Assembly: GCA_964016885.1 (NCBI GenBank)
Contig: OZ024743.1
Coordinates: forward strand, 84,630,001-84,694,000
Source of the DNA: Eledone cirrhosa
Lineage: Eukaryota
DNA length: 64,000 bases
Reading direction: 5' to 3'
Both the position numbers and the translations under genes were made by a program. Below the pieces are notes generated by a model. That model ran no database searches. It had not been told where the DNA came from and worked only from the letters and a program-made list of their open reading frames with translations. This document shows positions 10,961 to 23,879 of the stretch, one piece after another (position 1 is the stretch's first letter; every line of letters begins with the position of its first letter).

Positions 10961-13208
10961 ATCATCATCATCATCATCATCAACGTTTAACGTCCGTGTT
11001 CCACGCTTGCATGGGTTTGGACGGGGGTATTCCCACTTGAGGCAAGAGTGCTTGTCTTGCTCGCATAGGACTGTCTGGCAGGTTCTCTACAGTGTGGGTC
11101 TGGGAGGTTTTTACCGTGTTGCCTACACGGCCACATTACAGCGTGGACTGTGTGTTTTTTTGTCGTGACACCTACACGATCTCATTTGTTTCGGCCTGGA
11201 TGTTGTGGCACCAACATAACTTTACATAGGAGGGGGTGGTGTGGATGGGGTGTGGGTGGTGGGATGGGGGTGTATTTTGTTAGAGATGCCTACTGGCTGT
11301 AGTAGGTTTTACTATGTATTTAGGTAAGGCGGGTCTTCTCTATTCTTAGTACCGCCAAAGGTCTCGGTCCAGTGACATTGTCTTGGAGAGGTGTAAGTGT
11401 GTGAGGTCGGAGTTTATCAGCTCGTCCCAGGATTTTCTAGGTCTGCCTATTCCGTGGCTACCATCTATCTTTATTACCCTGCACTTTGTTATACAGCTAT
11501 CGACTTTCATGCGCATCATGTGTCCGTACCAACGTAGCCTTCTCTCGAGTAAACAACATCTGATCCCTCTTATTTCTAATTTTTTCCTTAGTTCGTTTAT
11601 GCTTTGCCGTTCACGTATATTACTATTACACATCCAGCGGAGCATGCAAGCTTCGTTCCTCTCTAGTCTGCGTATATCCTCTGCACACAATGCCCAGGTC
11701 TCACTGCCATGCAACATTGCTGTTCGTATGCAGGCATCATACAACCTGCCTTTCATTTTTAGGGAGAACCCTTTAGCGGCTAATAGTGGTATAAGCTCTC
11801 TGAACTTTTTCCATCCAGTTCTGACTCTAGCTACTGTACTTTCGGAGCACCCTCCCCCACTGCTGATTTTGTCACCCAGGTAACGGAAGCTGTCCACTAT
11901 TTCTATAGAGCCCTCTGCGCAATTGAAAGAGCTAGTATTTTGTGGGCACTTGCTGCTACTTATTGCACCAGAGCACCGGCCACATGTGAAATCTAAGTTC
12001 TTAGTTAGCTTACCTGTGATCCCACTACATCTTTTATGCACCCATACTTTGCATTTGGGACATAAAATGGAGTTTCTACCTACGCCTTTCCTACACACTG
12101 AGCATGGCCATTTCCCGGAAGGGACCGCCGCCTTATTTTCTTTCCTACAAACTAGAACTTTAGTCTTAGCCAGGTTAATTTTAAGGCCTTTTGATTCTAG
12201 GCCGTGCTTCCATGTTTGGAATTTCTTCTCTAGCTCGGCCATTGATTCAGCTATGAGTGTTAGGTCGTCTGCGTATAGGAGTTCCCATGGGCAGCCGGTC
12301 TTGAACTCCTCTGTTATAGCCTGAGAGGCAATAATAAATAGTAGGGGGCTGAGAACAGAGCCCTGATGAACGCCAACTTTTACGCTAAACTCTTCACTAT
12401 ATTCGTTGTTAATTCTAACCTTGTTGACTGTTTCTTTATACATGGCTTGTATAGCTCTCACAAGCCATTCGTCGACACCTAGTTTTCTAAGGGCCCACTA
12501 GATAATGGAACGGGGGACTCTGTCGAAGGCTTTCTCCAAGTCGACAAAAGCTAAGTAGAGGGGTTTACCTTTAGCTAGGTACTTCTCCTGTAGTTGACGT
12601 ACAATGAAAAGAGCGTCTGTGGTACTTTTGCCTGACACAAACCCGAACTGCATTTCATCTAGGTCGATTCTCTCTCTGATTAGTTGCGCTATTACTTTTT
12701 CCGTGACCTTCATGACCTGGTCGATTAATTTAATGCCTCTATAGTTACTCCTAACTAGGGCATCTCCTTTACCCTTATAACAGTTAACGATGATGCTGCT
12801 ATGCCAGTCCTTCGGAACAACCCCATTCTGTACGACTTGGTTAACTATCCGGGTGACCAAGGTGTGTCCCACCGAGCCAGATGCCTTCAGCATCTCAGCA
12901 ACTATTTCCGAAGGCCCAGCCGCCTTACCCGTCTTCATATCCTTGATTGCCTTACTTATTATACTACCCTCGACTAACACTGCTGGTCCCTCTATTGGGT
13001 CGATGTGGGGGAGACTGTCTTTCTCCCATTTATTCTCCTCATTTAGTAGCCTTTCATAGTGACACTTCCAAGCTACCTTCTTATCAGCGTCGGTGATGGC
13101 AAGTACGCCGTCATCATTAAGTACACACTTCTCCCCGACAATATCACGGTTTTCCTTGACACATTGCCTAGCAATCCTGAACACCTCACGTTTTTGGTCC
13201 TCGCGTTG
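10961..13208 (-). mobile_element. 5'-truncated RTE LINE (RT with YADD, PHD-like finger, (GAT)n tail), premature stops
   Basis: ORFs 12498-13184 and 11346-12461: [43 protein letters not shown]->TAG stop lies at 12498. Confidence 0.95.
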
Positions 13209-13479
13209 TAGAAATAATTAATAATTTTAGTAAATCCCTCAAAATTCTTTATTAACTAATTGAAATGGAGTTTATTTCATTAGAAATATGGTCATGAAAG
13301 GGTTAAGACTTTCTCTAAATGACTTGATGTTTATTCTCATCTGTAGATACAGGTATGGCTATGAGGTTAAGAAATTCACTTCGCAACTTCTGAGGCGGTT
13401 TTTTTAAATTGCTTTTTTATTTTATTTTATATATATATATTTATTTATTGTAACAGTAAATTGTCCAACCTGAGCAATG

Positions 13480-13852
13480 TACTCAGTCTCAACAGTGCTT
13501 GTTTTTCACTGTACTCATTCTCGACTGTACTTGATCTTAGCTATACTCGGTCTCAGCTGTACTTGGTCACAGCTATACTCAGTCTCAGCTGTACTCAATC
13601 TTGGCTATACTTGGTCACAGCTGTACTCAATCTCGGCTGTACTTGTTCTTGGCTGTACAGTCTCAGCTGTACTCAGTCTTAGTTGTACTTGATCTCAGTT
13701 GTACTCGACCTCAGCAGTATTCGGTCTTGGCTGCATTCAGTCTTCACTGTGCTTGACCTCAGCTGCACTCTGTCATAACTGTACTCAGTCTTGGCTGCAC
13801 TCAGTCACAGCTGTACTCAGTCACAGCTGCACTCAGTCGCAACTGTACTCAA
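13480..13852. repeat. Degenerate 16-bp tandem repeat (tcagtcacagctgtac)
   Basis: Period 16 is clear at 13801-13850. Confidence 0.85.
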
Positions 13853-14599
13853 TCCCTTAAACCCCCACCACACCCCTACCTTCCTCCACATACCAAAGTT
13901 ATACCAAAATGGCGACAAGGAAGGTCGCTTGACCACGTCTTGACCAAACAAAATATAATATTTTCACCAAAAATTGCCCTTTAAACACATGTCAGATGGA
14001 TTACAATATTCATTATTACAATTACTTTGACTGTTCCCTGACAACTAGTACCAGCTTCAACATAGAATTATTTTAACGAAGTATATTTAATTTGACTTGA
14101 TTTTCGCCAACAAACGACGTGTGGACATAGACGGGGAAAAAGGGGAAAAAAACAAATCACTACATCCCTTAGGGATCGCAGTAAGTACTCCACAAAACCT
14201 ATAAACAACAATATACACACAGATTTATATACAGATATATACCACATGCATATACACACAAGTGAAAAGAAACCACACTATTCCGGCCAATCTTACGTAC
14301 ATTTGTAAAATATCTCTGAACATTGACTTCGCTTCTAACCCGCATACACCTTTTAATTATATATATATACTAGCAGCTGAAAGTTAATAATTTGAAAAAT
14401 ATTATTGAAAGTTTATTATAAAGAAGCAGTATCAGGAAAAAAAAACGTTATTTCGCTGTTAATAAACTGTTGCCTTCTACAGTACGTTTCATTTAACTTA
14501 CGCAGCATATTTATTTGTTTCATGCGCAGACTCTCCTGTACACACACACAACATTTAGGAAAACGGAAACAAAATACACAAAAAAAAACAAAAAAAAAA

Positions 14600-17500
14600 C
14601 AGACATTTTATTTCTATCGTAATCAAGTGCGCTAAACCTATATTGTTTACATTCTGTGTTTTTCTACAGATGGGTAGAAATAACAAAATTGCCATGGTGA
14701 TATCCATCGATGAAGTATGCGACAAAACTGGTCGATGTTCCAAAATAGAACATTGCCCAGAAGATCACATCTGCCATATCTGTACGGAACCCAAAAACTC
14801 GTTCCGTAATCGCTGGGTCGAATGTGGAACCTGTCACATCTCTGTCTGCTTCAATGCGCCACAGGCTTCCGGAAGATCCCAGGCCAAAACAAGAAACATC
14901 ATATTGCTACGATGGATAGACTCTGGCAGATGGTCCAGCTAACAAATTGGTCCTTTCAGTGCCTGGACTGTATGCCTGCCTCTCCCATTGCTGTGGAACA
15001 ACAACAACAACAAAAACCGAAGATCGTGTCTTCTTCTACCATTGTTCCCGAACAACAACAACACACCCTGGTCTTCCACCTGATGTCCGCCCAAAGTTGC
15101 GTGCTGCAGCTTCCTTAAACCGCAGCTCGGCAGAACATGAAAGCTTCAGCCTATGAGATGCTGGGCAGATATGGAAGTTTGTTAAGGCTGGCGAAACATG
15201 GAAAAGAGACACCAGCTGGTCTGAAAACACTGTACCCACAACAACTGACAATAAAGAAACTGAAAAAACTCTGGGAAACTAAATCAGAACAACCTGCCAT
15301 CCCCTGAACATAATCATAGACTGGAATCAAGATACAAATTGTTGTCCTTGAATGCACGTAGTCTATGCAATAAGATTCATCTTTTTGACTCCTACATCAA
15401 AAGTATCAACCCTGACTTCATTACAGTCACGGAAACTTCGGCACATTCCTTACTCTGTGATGGGTTTTTCAGCATGACTGGCTACAACCTGTTTCGTAAA
15501 GACCGCATTAATCGTGGTGGTGGTGGTGTAATGGTCTACGTTCGGTCAAATCTGTCGGCAATTCCTTGTATTGATTTGAACCAATCACAGCAGGAAGTTT
15601 TTTTCTGCGATATACGTATGACCATGTCAACACTGCTACTTGGAGTTGTTTACTGTCCCCCAAATTACCATCAGGACACTCAACTTTGTGATATCCTCAG
15701 AGCTGCTGCCAGGAAGACAGCCACTTATGTTTTCATTGCAGGAGACTTCAATCACCCTGAGATTGACTGGGAAACCTTTCGTTGGCCGCCAAGTGCAAAT
15801 GACTTCCTTGAGCTAGTGCTGGACTCAAGTTGGTCCCAAGTGGTCACCTCCCCAACAAGAGGTGACAACACTTTGGACCTACTCTTCACCACTACTCCTG
15901 AAACGGTCATTAGTGTTACTGCTGAGGAACCTTTAGGTGACTGATCATGCTATGATCATTGCCAATCTATCCCTCATGGGCAGTAACAAGAACCACAACC
16001 ATCTCCAAACTGCTTACTTTGACTGGAATAAAGCAGACTGGAACTGTTACTGCACCAAGTTGCAATGGCCAAACTGGCTTGAGTTCTACGACTCTGGAGA
16101 TGTCAACACTGTACTCCAGAACATCCTGAGCTCAATATGGACAGCATGTGCAGCATCGGTGCCATGTAAGCGGAAAAAACATCCCAAAAGTGCAATTTGG
16201 GAGACTGCAGCAGTCCATCTTGCCAGAAAAGAATGGCGCAATGCTGAACATGAGTATAAACTTCACAAATCAGACATTAATAGGAAGAGGCGAAATAGAT
16301 CTTCCAACCACCTCAAACAGGTGACAAAAAAGGCAGTGCTTCAATTTGAGCAGTGCATAGCAACCAACCCTGACAGTAAGGTGTTCTGGAAGTATGTTCA
16401 CTCAAAGCAGAGGCCTCACTCTCCAGTTGGTCCTCTTCGCAATCCCCACACAAGCCAGGTTACTGACGACCCCAAGGAATGCGCAGAGCTCATTGATGAA
16501 TGCTATGCAGACATTTTCACTATTGAAGACCAGAGTGTACCATCTCCACCACCTATGACACCGGACTCTATTACAACCATGGAATTTACACCTGCAATGC
16601 TGCGATGTCACCTAAAAAATAAACACAACCATGCCTCTCCTGGTCTTGATGGTGTTACGTACCTGATTCTTAAACGTGGTGGGTACTTCCTTCTGCACCA
16701 GTTATCACGCTTCTTCCAATTCTGTCTGAACAACGGTGCTACTCCAGAACAGTGGAAAACTGCCAGTGTCATTCTTCTGTTCAAAAAGGGTGACCGCACA
16801 TCACCTATGAACTATCGTCCAGTCAGTCTTACTAGTTGCATCGCCAAACTGATGGAATCCTGTGTCAGAGAAACACTTTGGAACTTCTGGAGTTCTCACA
16901 GTCTTATCCGGCCCTCGCAATTTGGATTTATCCCCAACTCCAGCTGCTGTGATCAACTTATAGAGTTTCTTGAGGACATTACCCGGATCACTGATGGCGG
17001 CTCATGGGTGGATGTTGTTTACCTTGACTTTGCGAAAGCCTTCAATTCTGTGCCACACAAAAGGCTTATGGCAAAACTCTCTGCAATGGGTGTGAGGGAT
17101 GATCTTTTTAACTGGTTGAAGTCCTTCATTCTCAGTCGAAGAGAGGTAGTCACGGTTCTGGGACAGCATTCCTCACCATATGAGATATCATCTGGTGTAC
17201 CACAGGGATCTGTTCTTGGCCCCCTTTTGTTTGTGGCATATATTAATGACATAGATGCCAACTTAAAGAATGCCATGGTACTAAAGTACGCAGATGACAT
17301 CAAGCTGGACCTTGAAATAAAAAGGACAGATCCTGAACACTATAGATCTTGCTTGCAGTCTAACCTGGACACAATGCAACAATGGATCTCAGACTGGCAA
17401 CTCAAGCTAGCTGTGGACAAGTGCACCACCATGCATTTTGGGAGTAAAAACCCAGCGTCCACATACTCCCTCCACAGCACTAATATCAAGAAGTCTTCTT

Positions 17501-18318
17501 GTGAACGTGACCTGGGCATTACGGTCAGCAGCGATTTGCGTTGGACGAAGCATGTCTCTAAAATTGTCAAGAGGGCCGAGGGTGTCTTAGCATCACTCAG
17601 CAAGACCTTTGTCAGCCGCTCTCCAGATATCTATTTAAGGCTGTACATGGCTATGGTGCAGCCACACATAGAATTTGCATCACCAGTCTGGAACCCCTAT
17701 CTTGCTCAGAACATTGACCGCCTGGAAACTGTTCAGAGACGTGCAACCAAGCGAATACCCTCCATCAGGCATCTACCATACTCTGAGTGCCTTCCTTCCC
17801 TGGGCATGGATACATTGAAGCTCCGATGCCTGGCAACTGACTTGGTAAACACCCACAAAATTGTTAACCATCTTGCCAACAACAACCCTGAGTACCTTTT
17901 TGATTTCCATGTGTCTAACACACGTGGACATGCCCACAAAGTCGGAAAACAGCACAGTTCCCATGACTTTCGGAAACATTTTTTCACGCTCAGAGTTGCT
18001 GAAGCATGGAACAAACTACCTGCATCAGTTGTTAGCTGTCAAGATACTGCATCCTTTAAGGCCTCCATGCTTCCCGAGATTCGCCAACACTACAGCTAAT
18101 GTTCCCTCTCCATACACATACACACATGTATATCATGACTTATACACTATTCACTTCCCTGACATTTGTGTATTATTCTATGTACTATACATGCACCTTT
18201 GACGAGTTGTAGTGCACCTGAGCACTTTATTATTATCATCATCATCATCATCACCAACACCACCATCACTACTACCACCATCACCTGAGCACTTTACACA
18301 ATAATTTCATTATTATTA
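14600..18318 (+). mobile_element. Near full-length CR1-like LINE: PHD-type ORF1 remnant, APE endonuclease (15339-15944), RT (15937-18099), frameshifted
   Basis: CHIC...WVECGTC...FQCLDC; LNARSL.NK, VTET, GDFN, TR..NTLDL; NYRPVSLTS, YLDFAKAF, SGVPQGSVLGP, YADD; tail cctgagcactttacacaataatttca(tta)n. Confidence 0.93.
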
Positions 18319-18385
18319 TACACAGCTAACCATAATAATCTATAAATAATCTCATCTGTTTTTGTTTTCTTATATATTTTTCCAG

Positions 18386-18506
18386 CAAGATGTTTCCTAC
18401 AGTCGTTTCCTGGTACCAACCTCTCAACAGTCCAGTTCCTGGAAACAAATACAAGACACACCACCTTTAGCTCCATCTAATAGCGCCGTATCAGAGATAG
18501 TTTCTG
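18386..18506 (+). CDS. CABLES1: CABLES exon (QDVSYSRFLVPTSQQSSSWKQIQDTPPLAPSNSAVSEIVS), 121 nt
   Basis: tatttttccag acceptor and G|gttagt donor, phase 0 to 1. VSYSRFLVP resembles VSYTQFLLP. Confidence 0.9.
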
Positions 18507-18944
18507 GTTAGTTAATTTTTTTTTAACATTTTCCACAGATTTTTTTTTAATTGAATATTTTTCCCTGTTTTACTGTGCACCATTTATTGTCTTTTGAAGA
18601 ACAAACATTTCTTCTTCTTCTTGTTAATGTTTTCCAGTCCTTATTTTGCATGTTTTAGTAGATCTGTGGTTTGGAATTAAATCTTTCCACTTAGTATTTT
18701 TTCTCCACTTGCCATATTTTGTATTTATATAATAGTTTGCATGACTAAAGACTAACTAATTAGCTAGTAACTACAGAAGTACCAACAGAACTTCTACTAA
18801 CATACTTGTAGTATCAAAGGTTTTCATACTCTAGATGGTTTAGACCATCCTAAATTGACAGAAGTAGGGAGAAGTGAGGAAGGGGGTTTTCATCGTAATT
18901 GATGGAGAGGATCAATAAAGCTATGACTACATACAGTTATATAT

Positions 18945-19562
18945 CTGCAATATTTCTGCAATATAACAGTATAGTCAATGATATCTCTACAGTATGATAG
19001 TATAGACAGTGATATCTCTACAATATGAGAGTACAAACTGATACCTCTACAATATGTACTATGGACCTCACTTTTATTTCAACATATTACTTCCAAGCTA
19101 TGCACGTCACTCACATATACAATATGATGCTTCCAAACTGTGGACTTCACTCACTTATACATCATGTTACTTCCAAGCTATGGACCTCACTCATATATAT
19201 AATATGTTACTTCCAAGCTATGGACCTCACTCACATATACAACATGTTACTTTTGAGCTATAGACCTCACTCACACTATATTTTACTTCCAAACTATCGA
19301 TCTCACATATTCAACACACTACTTTCAAACTATGGACTTCACTCATACTATGTTACTTCTGAGCTATGGACCTCATTCATATATTTAACATGTTACTTCT
19401 GAGCTATCAACTTCACTCATATATTCAACATACTACTTTGAAGCTATTGACCTCACTCATATCTTCAACACATTACTTCTAAGGTATGGGGAAGCTTACT
19501 CACATATTAAACATGTTATCCTCAAGCTATTGACCTCACATATTCAACATGATATTACCAAA
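18945..19562. repeat. ~31-bp repeat (about 3 copies) followed by a 40-bp minisatellite (catgttacttccaagctatggacctcactcacatatacaa), about 12 copies
   Basis: Period 40 seen at 19171 and 19211. Confidence 0.88.
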
Positions 19563-19589
19563 CTAGGTAAGGGTAGGTACAAATACCGA

Positions 19590-19835
19590 ATTGAAAATAG
19601 TTAAGCTTTTAGACCTACCTCTCTTCTTCTGAAGATCATGTGTTGAAACTGGCACATTATTGCACCAGCTCTAGTAATTCTTGCATTTAATTCAGCCTCC
19701 TGCTTTCCATTACTCATGAAAACGACCTCGAGATACTTGAACTTATCCACCTGCTTCAGTGAAACTTCACTCACGTGCAGAATAGACTGCGCAGGCTTTC
19801 TCAAAAGGATGAATGTCTCAGTCTTCACAGAACTT
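19590..19835 (-). mobile_element. RTE RT fragment
   Basis: KTE...LKQVDKFKYL...ELNARITRA motif. Confidence 0.7.
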
Positions 19836-19885
19836 ATTATGGATCATCTGGATATCAAACAAAAGAGGAAAAACTATTTCTAAGA

Positions 19886-20110
19886 TTAACCCTTTAGCAT
19901 TTAAACCGGCCATATCCGGCCAGAATTCTCTCACCTCTCTTTGTTCAAACTGGCTGTAACCAGCCGCTCATACTGATGTTAAGGTATTGTTCTCAAAATA
20001 AATAATGTCAAAATCTCAGATTCCATATTATGTGAGATAATTGTGAGATAAAGCCTTTACCATGAAAATACAATAGTAGATATGGAGTAATGCAAATGCT
20101 AAAGGGTTAA
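19886..20110. mobile_element. piggyBac-like MITE (same family as 3642-3857)
   Basis: TTAA-flanked CCCTTTAGCATT / AATGCTAAAGGG TIRs. Confidence 0.82.
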
Positions 20111-20192
20111 GGAAAAGATTGCATGTTTTTATGATTGATGTTTTTTCTCTCATTCTTTCTTTGTTTCTCATGTGTTTTTCTAACCCGTTTAG

Positions 20193-20264
20193 GTCGTGAG
20201 GTATTGCGTAGTGTTTCCAATGATTCACAAAGAGTCAGCTGTACACCGTTATGTTTAGACACAG
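20193..20264 (+). CDS. CABLES1: CABLES exon (GREVLRSVSNDSQRVSCTPLCLDT), 72 nt
   Basis: Branch-like ctaac followed by ccgtttag acceptor, and CAG|gtaaga donor. Symmetric phase 1 to 1. Confidence 0.85.
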
Positions 20265-21279
20265 GTAAGATGTGATTGCTCACCTGGACGTCACAATCTT
20301 CCTCTACCCAAACATCTTGTAATCAGATGTTCACTAATTATTGCCTTCCCATAGTATTTCTCTACAGTTGCATCTGTTGTTGTTCAGCTGCAGTTGTTGC
20401 TGTACAACTGCAGAAGTACAATAACAGCTGTGGTTGTGCAGCTATTGCTGTAAAGTTGCAGCTGTTGTTGTACAATTGTAGCTGTTGCCTGCTTTTTTTA
20501 ATGGTGGTGTTCTCTGCACTTTTTTTACTTGCTAATGCATTTAATTTCACTTTTTCTTGCATACTTACCAATATTATTATTATTATTATTATTATCTAAG
20601 GTTGGTGCAGTTACAGAAATAAAGTAAAGAACAAAATTCCTTGTGATATATACACATCACACACACACACATATATATATGTGTGTGTGTGTGTGTGATG
20701 TGTAATGTTTATATGTTGATGTGTGTGTGTAAAAGGTAAGCAGACATAACAAAAATAACAAAATAAATGCACAGTACATGGAAGAAAGAAGAAATATATT
20801 AGTTTAATGCTAAAAATAGCAGGAAGATAGTCTTAACGTTTTGGACACTAATCCTTCATCAGAAGATAGGGTTAGAAATAGAAGATAATAGAAAGTAAAG
20901 AGTGATGAGAGGAAGTAATGGGGAAAATGAAAAAAAATTAGGGAGAAAAAAACACATACGTATTCAGTCGGCCATGATAAATACGAAGACTAAATCCAGA
21001 GAGGACTCAATAAGGGTTGTATATATATAAAAATATTGTAAGTATATATAAACCCATAGAACAAATATTTATTATTTGTACAAATTAAATGTTTAAGCAA
21101 AGAATTTCTGCTTTCACCTTATGTGGGATCATCTGAAACTGAGAAATATAATGGAATATAAAGTTTGATTGTTCTTAGATGCATTATATGGTATAACCCA
21201 CCATATAATATGGAAGTGGCCACACCAAGAGCTAAAGTTTTCTTTACTTTATTAGGAAGCATTTCTCCTTAGCACATAA

Positions 21280-22345
21280 ATATCACAAGATTTTTAATAG
21301 AAACACAGTTAAAATATCCTATTCCACAACTCCCAACTTCTCACACAACATAACTGCATCTGACTTAGCTAAATTACCTAGCCATAGTAGTAAACAATCT
21401 TGAAGTTAGTTCTAGCTGCAATTGTATCAAGCAATATAGTTTATAAATGTAAGGTCGATACACCCACTGCTAGTAAGGCTTACATAGGGTTAACTGCCAA
21501 TAGATTGAAGCATCATTTATACATGCACATCAGTCATTTCAAAACTCTTTAAGAAAGAATATGACTTTACTTTCATCCTATATCTTGATATTGAAAGATA
21601 ATTACATCCGATAAAGATTACATTGGGAGATCCTAGTTAAAGCTAGATCCTATAATAGCAATAAAAGACTTTGTGATCTTTGTGCCACTGAAGCCCTGGA
21701 AATCCTTTACACCATCAAACAAATCTTAAACAAAAAGTTTGAGGTAATTTCAGCTTGTAAACCTAAACTGTATAAAACATTCTTATATTACAGCCCAACA
21801 TTATATATGATCTGGTAGCTAAAAACATTCAAACTTTACACTCAATTTTTATAACTCATGCAAATGTGGAAAAATGGACGTAAAATGGTGATGATGTTGA
21901 GAGCACTCAGTCCAAAGGATGAATTCAGTATAGAGTTTATTCAACAACAAATTAACAAACCATTGTTGAGAACACGTGTTTCACCCAAAGGATTCTTCAA
22001 CTCATGTATGGTTATAGTGAAAACAGAAGTATTTATGAACTGGCTGGATTCTGCATGGCAGATGTTGGTAGTTGACTGACAAGGGAGGCAACTCGATTAG
22101 GCTATTGTGTGTGTGTGGGGGGGGGGTACTTTTGAAGAGCAATCACTTGTGATAGTTCAGTCCAAGTTAAACTTCTGGTTATTCTGGATCTTTCCAGTTA
22201 GGTAATAGAAACGTCATCATTCAACTACCGATATCTGCTGCATAGAAACCAGCCAGCTCATAAATACTCCCATTCTCACTATAACCATACACAAGTTGAA
22301 AAATTCTTCAGGTGAAACATGTGTTCTCAACTATCGTTTGCTAAT
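21280..22345 (+). mobile_element. Degenerate Penelope-like GIY-YIG remnant with terminal palindrome
   Basis: Decayed CNC, YIGLTAN, WEILVKARSY...LCDLCATE. Inverted repeat 21951-22080 / 22212-22345. Confidence 0.7.
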
Positions 22346-22370
22346 TTGTTGTGGAACTAACTCCCTCTCT

Positions 22371-22412
<42 letters not shown>

Positions 22413-22504
22413 GTGTATGTATTGTTTGTGTATGGGCATATATATATGAATATGTATGTATTGGTATATATATATATATGTGTGTGTGTGTATATGCATA
22501 TGTA

Positions 22505-22675
22505 ACCTCCCAGTCCACACTGTAAACGTGGTCAGTGTTAGGAAGGGCATCCAGCCGTAGAAAACCCGCCAGACAGTCCTATGCGAGCAAGACAACCACT
22601 CTTGCCTCAAGTGGGAAAACACCCGTCCAAACCCATGCAAGCATGGAAGATGGACGTTAAACGATGATGATGATG
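22505..22675 (+). mobile_element. Solo RTE 3' tail (others at about 23110-23240 +, 31950-32140 +, 32985-33235 -, 41905-42070 +, 62640-62760 -)
   Basis: gttaggaagggcatccagc...cccatgcaagc.tgga...gacgttaaac(gat)n, the same as the RTE 3' UTR. Confidence 0.85.
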
Positions 22676-22904
22676 CATGTGTGTATATGCATATATATGC
22701 AAGTATATGTATGAATGTGTATATGTACATATATGCAAAATGCACATGTACTTACATATGTGTATATATGCATGTGTGTGTATAAATTTCATACACTATA
22801 TTTTCATTAACGTATGCATCCACACCGGTCAGCACATACGTATGTACAAGCCTAAATCTGAAAACATTACTATTAATGTTTTCATTATTATTATAGGCAT
22901 TATT

Positions 22905-23097
22905 ATTTGGCAGTATCGGTAGAGGGTCAGACACCATGCATTGCAGCATAGAATTATGGCCCTTTGCATTCTGAGTTCAAATCTGCTGAGGTTAACTTTA
23001 CCTTTCATCCTTACGGGGTTGATAAAATAAAGCACCAGTAATGCACTGGGGTAATTGCTGGCCTTGTGCCAAAAGTAGAAACATTATTATTATTATT
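22905..23097 (+). mobile_element. Family-A SINE (others at 49580-49715 -, 56680-56870 +, 58201-58328 -, 62870-63005 partial)
   Basis: A/B boxes plus conserved core and tail. Confidence 0.85.
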
Positions 23098-23761
23098 AAT
23101 AAGTATCAGCTGACCTTGTCTTTCTCAGTTCCCGTATGAGCAAGACAAGGTCAGCCAACCAGACACTGCCCACAACAGGACAACCCATCTAACCCATGCT
23201 AGCGTGGAAGAACAGACGTAAAACGGTGATGATGATGATGCTGATCTTTATGTTTAATTATATTACTACTGTTAATATCATGTTGCATATATGGGAGCTG
23301 GAAAATATTTGGCCATTCTAAAAAGAAAATTAGTCTTTTTCATAGGAATAATTTGTTCTTCCTGCTTCACATAATGACAACTCTTCTTGCATACATTTCG
23401 CTAATCTCAAGAGAACGTCCTCACATGCTATTGTTATGTCTTCCTACTTTTTAAAGGCAATATTTGGTCGTTACATTTTTTGAAATATATACTTCTGCAT
23501 CTAAAGATTGATTTTTCTCAGTTTCAGATGATCCCACTTAGGGTGAAAGCAGAAATTCTTTGCTTAAACTTTTAATCTGTACTAATAATAAGTATATATA
23601 TATATATGTGGGTGGGTGTGTATGAATGGGATGTAAAAGCTAATCTGTATTAATAAGTACATATGTATGTCTGTGTGTGTGTGATTGTGTGTGTATATGT
23701 GTATGTGACATAAAAGCTAATGTGTCATTAATGTGTATGTTCTGTTTACTATTTTGTTCAG

Positions 23762-23862
23762 TTGTGGAGGAAGATGAACTGAAATATGAGCCTTACCTTC
23801 TCGATGACCCTGAACTCCAGGCTGGTAGCTATCGCACTCTACTGACTTTCCCATCATACAGA
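23762..23862 (+). CDS. CABLES1: CABLES exon (VVEEDELKYEPYLLDDPELQAGSYRTLLTFPSYR), 101 nt
   Basis: attttgttcag acceptor and AGA|gtaagt donor, phase 1 to 0. Matches YDPNLLDDP...VLIFPSY. Confidence 0.95.
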
Positions 23863-23879
23863 GTAAGTTTCTATAACAC

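Noticed and set aside
11383-12324. Antisense ORFs over the RTE copies (also 37543-38484, 39801-40406)
   Set aside because: Shadows of the RT reading frame, shared only because the copies are recent.
6529-18506. Three exons each exactly 121 nt
   Set aside because: Different phases and no sequence similarity; the length is close to typical exon size, so likely coincidence.
23520-23562. CAGATGA...GAAA motif in the 63-bp inverted repeat as an HHR
   Set aside because: U4 is changed and no UH cleavage triplet or stem III follows GAAA.
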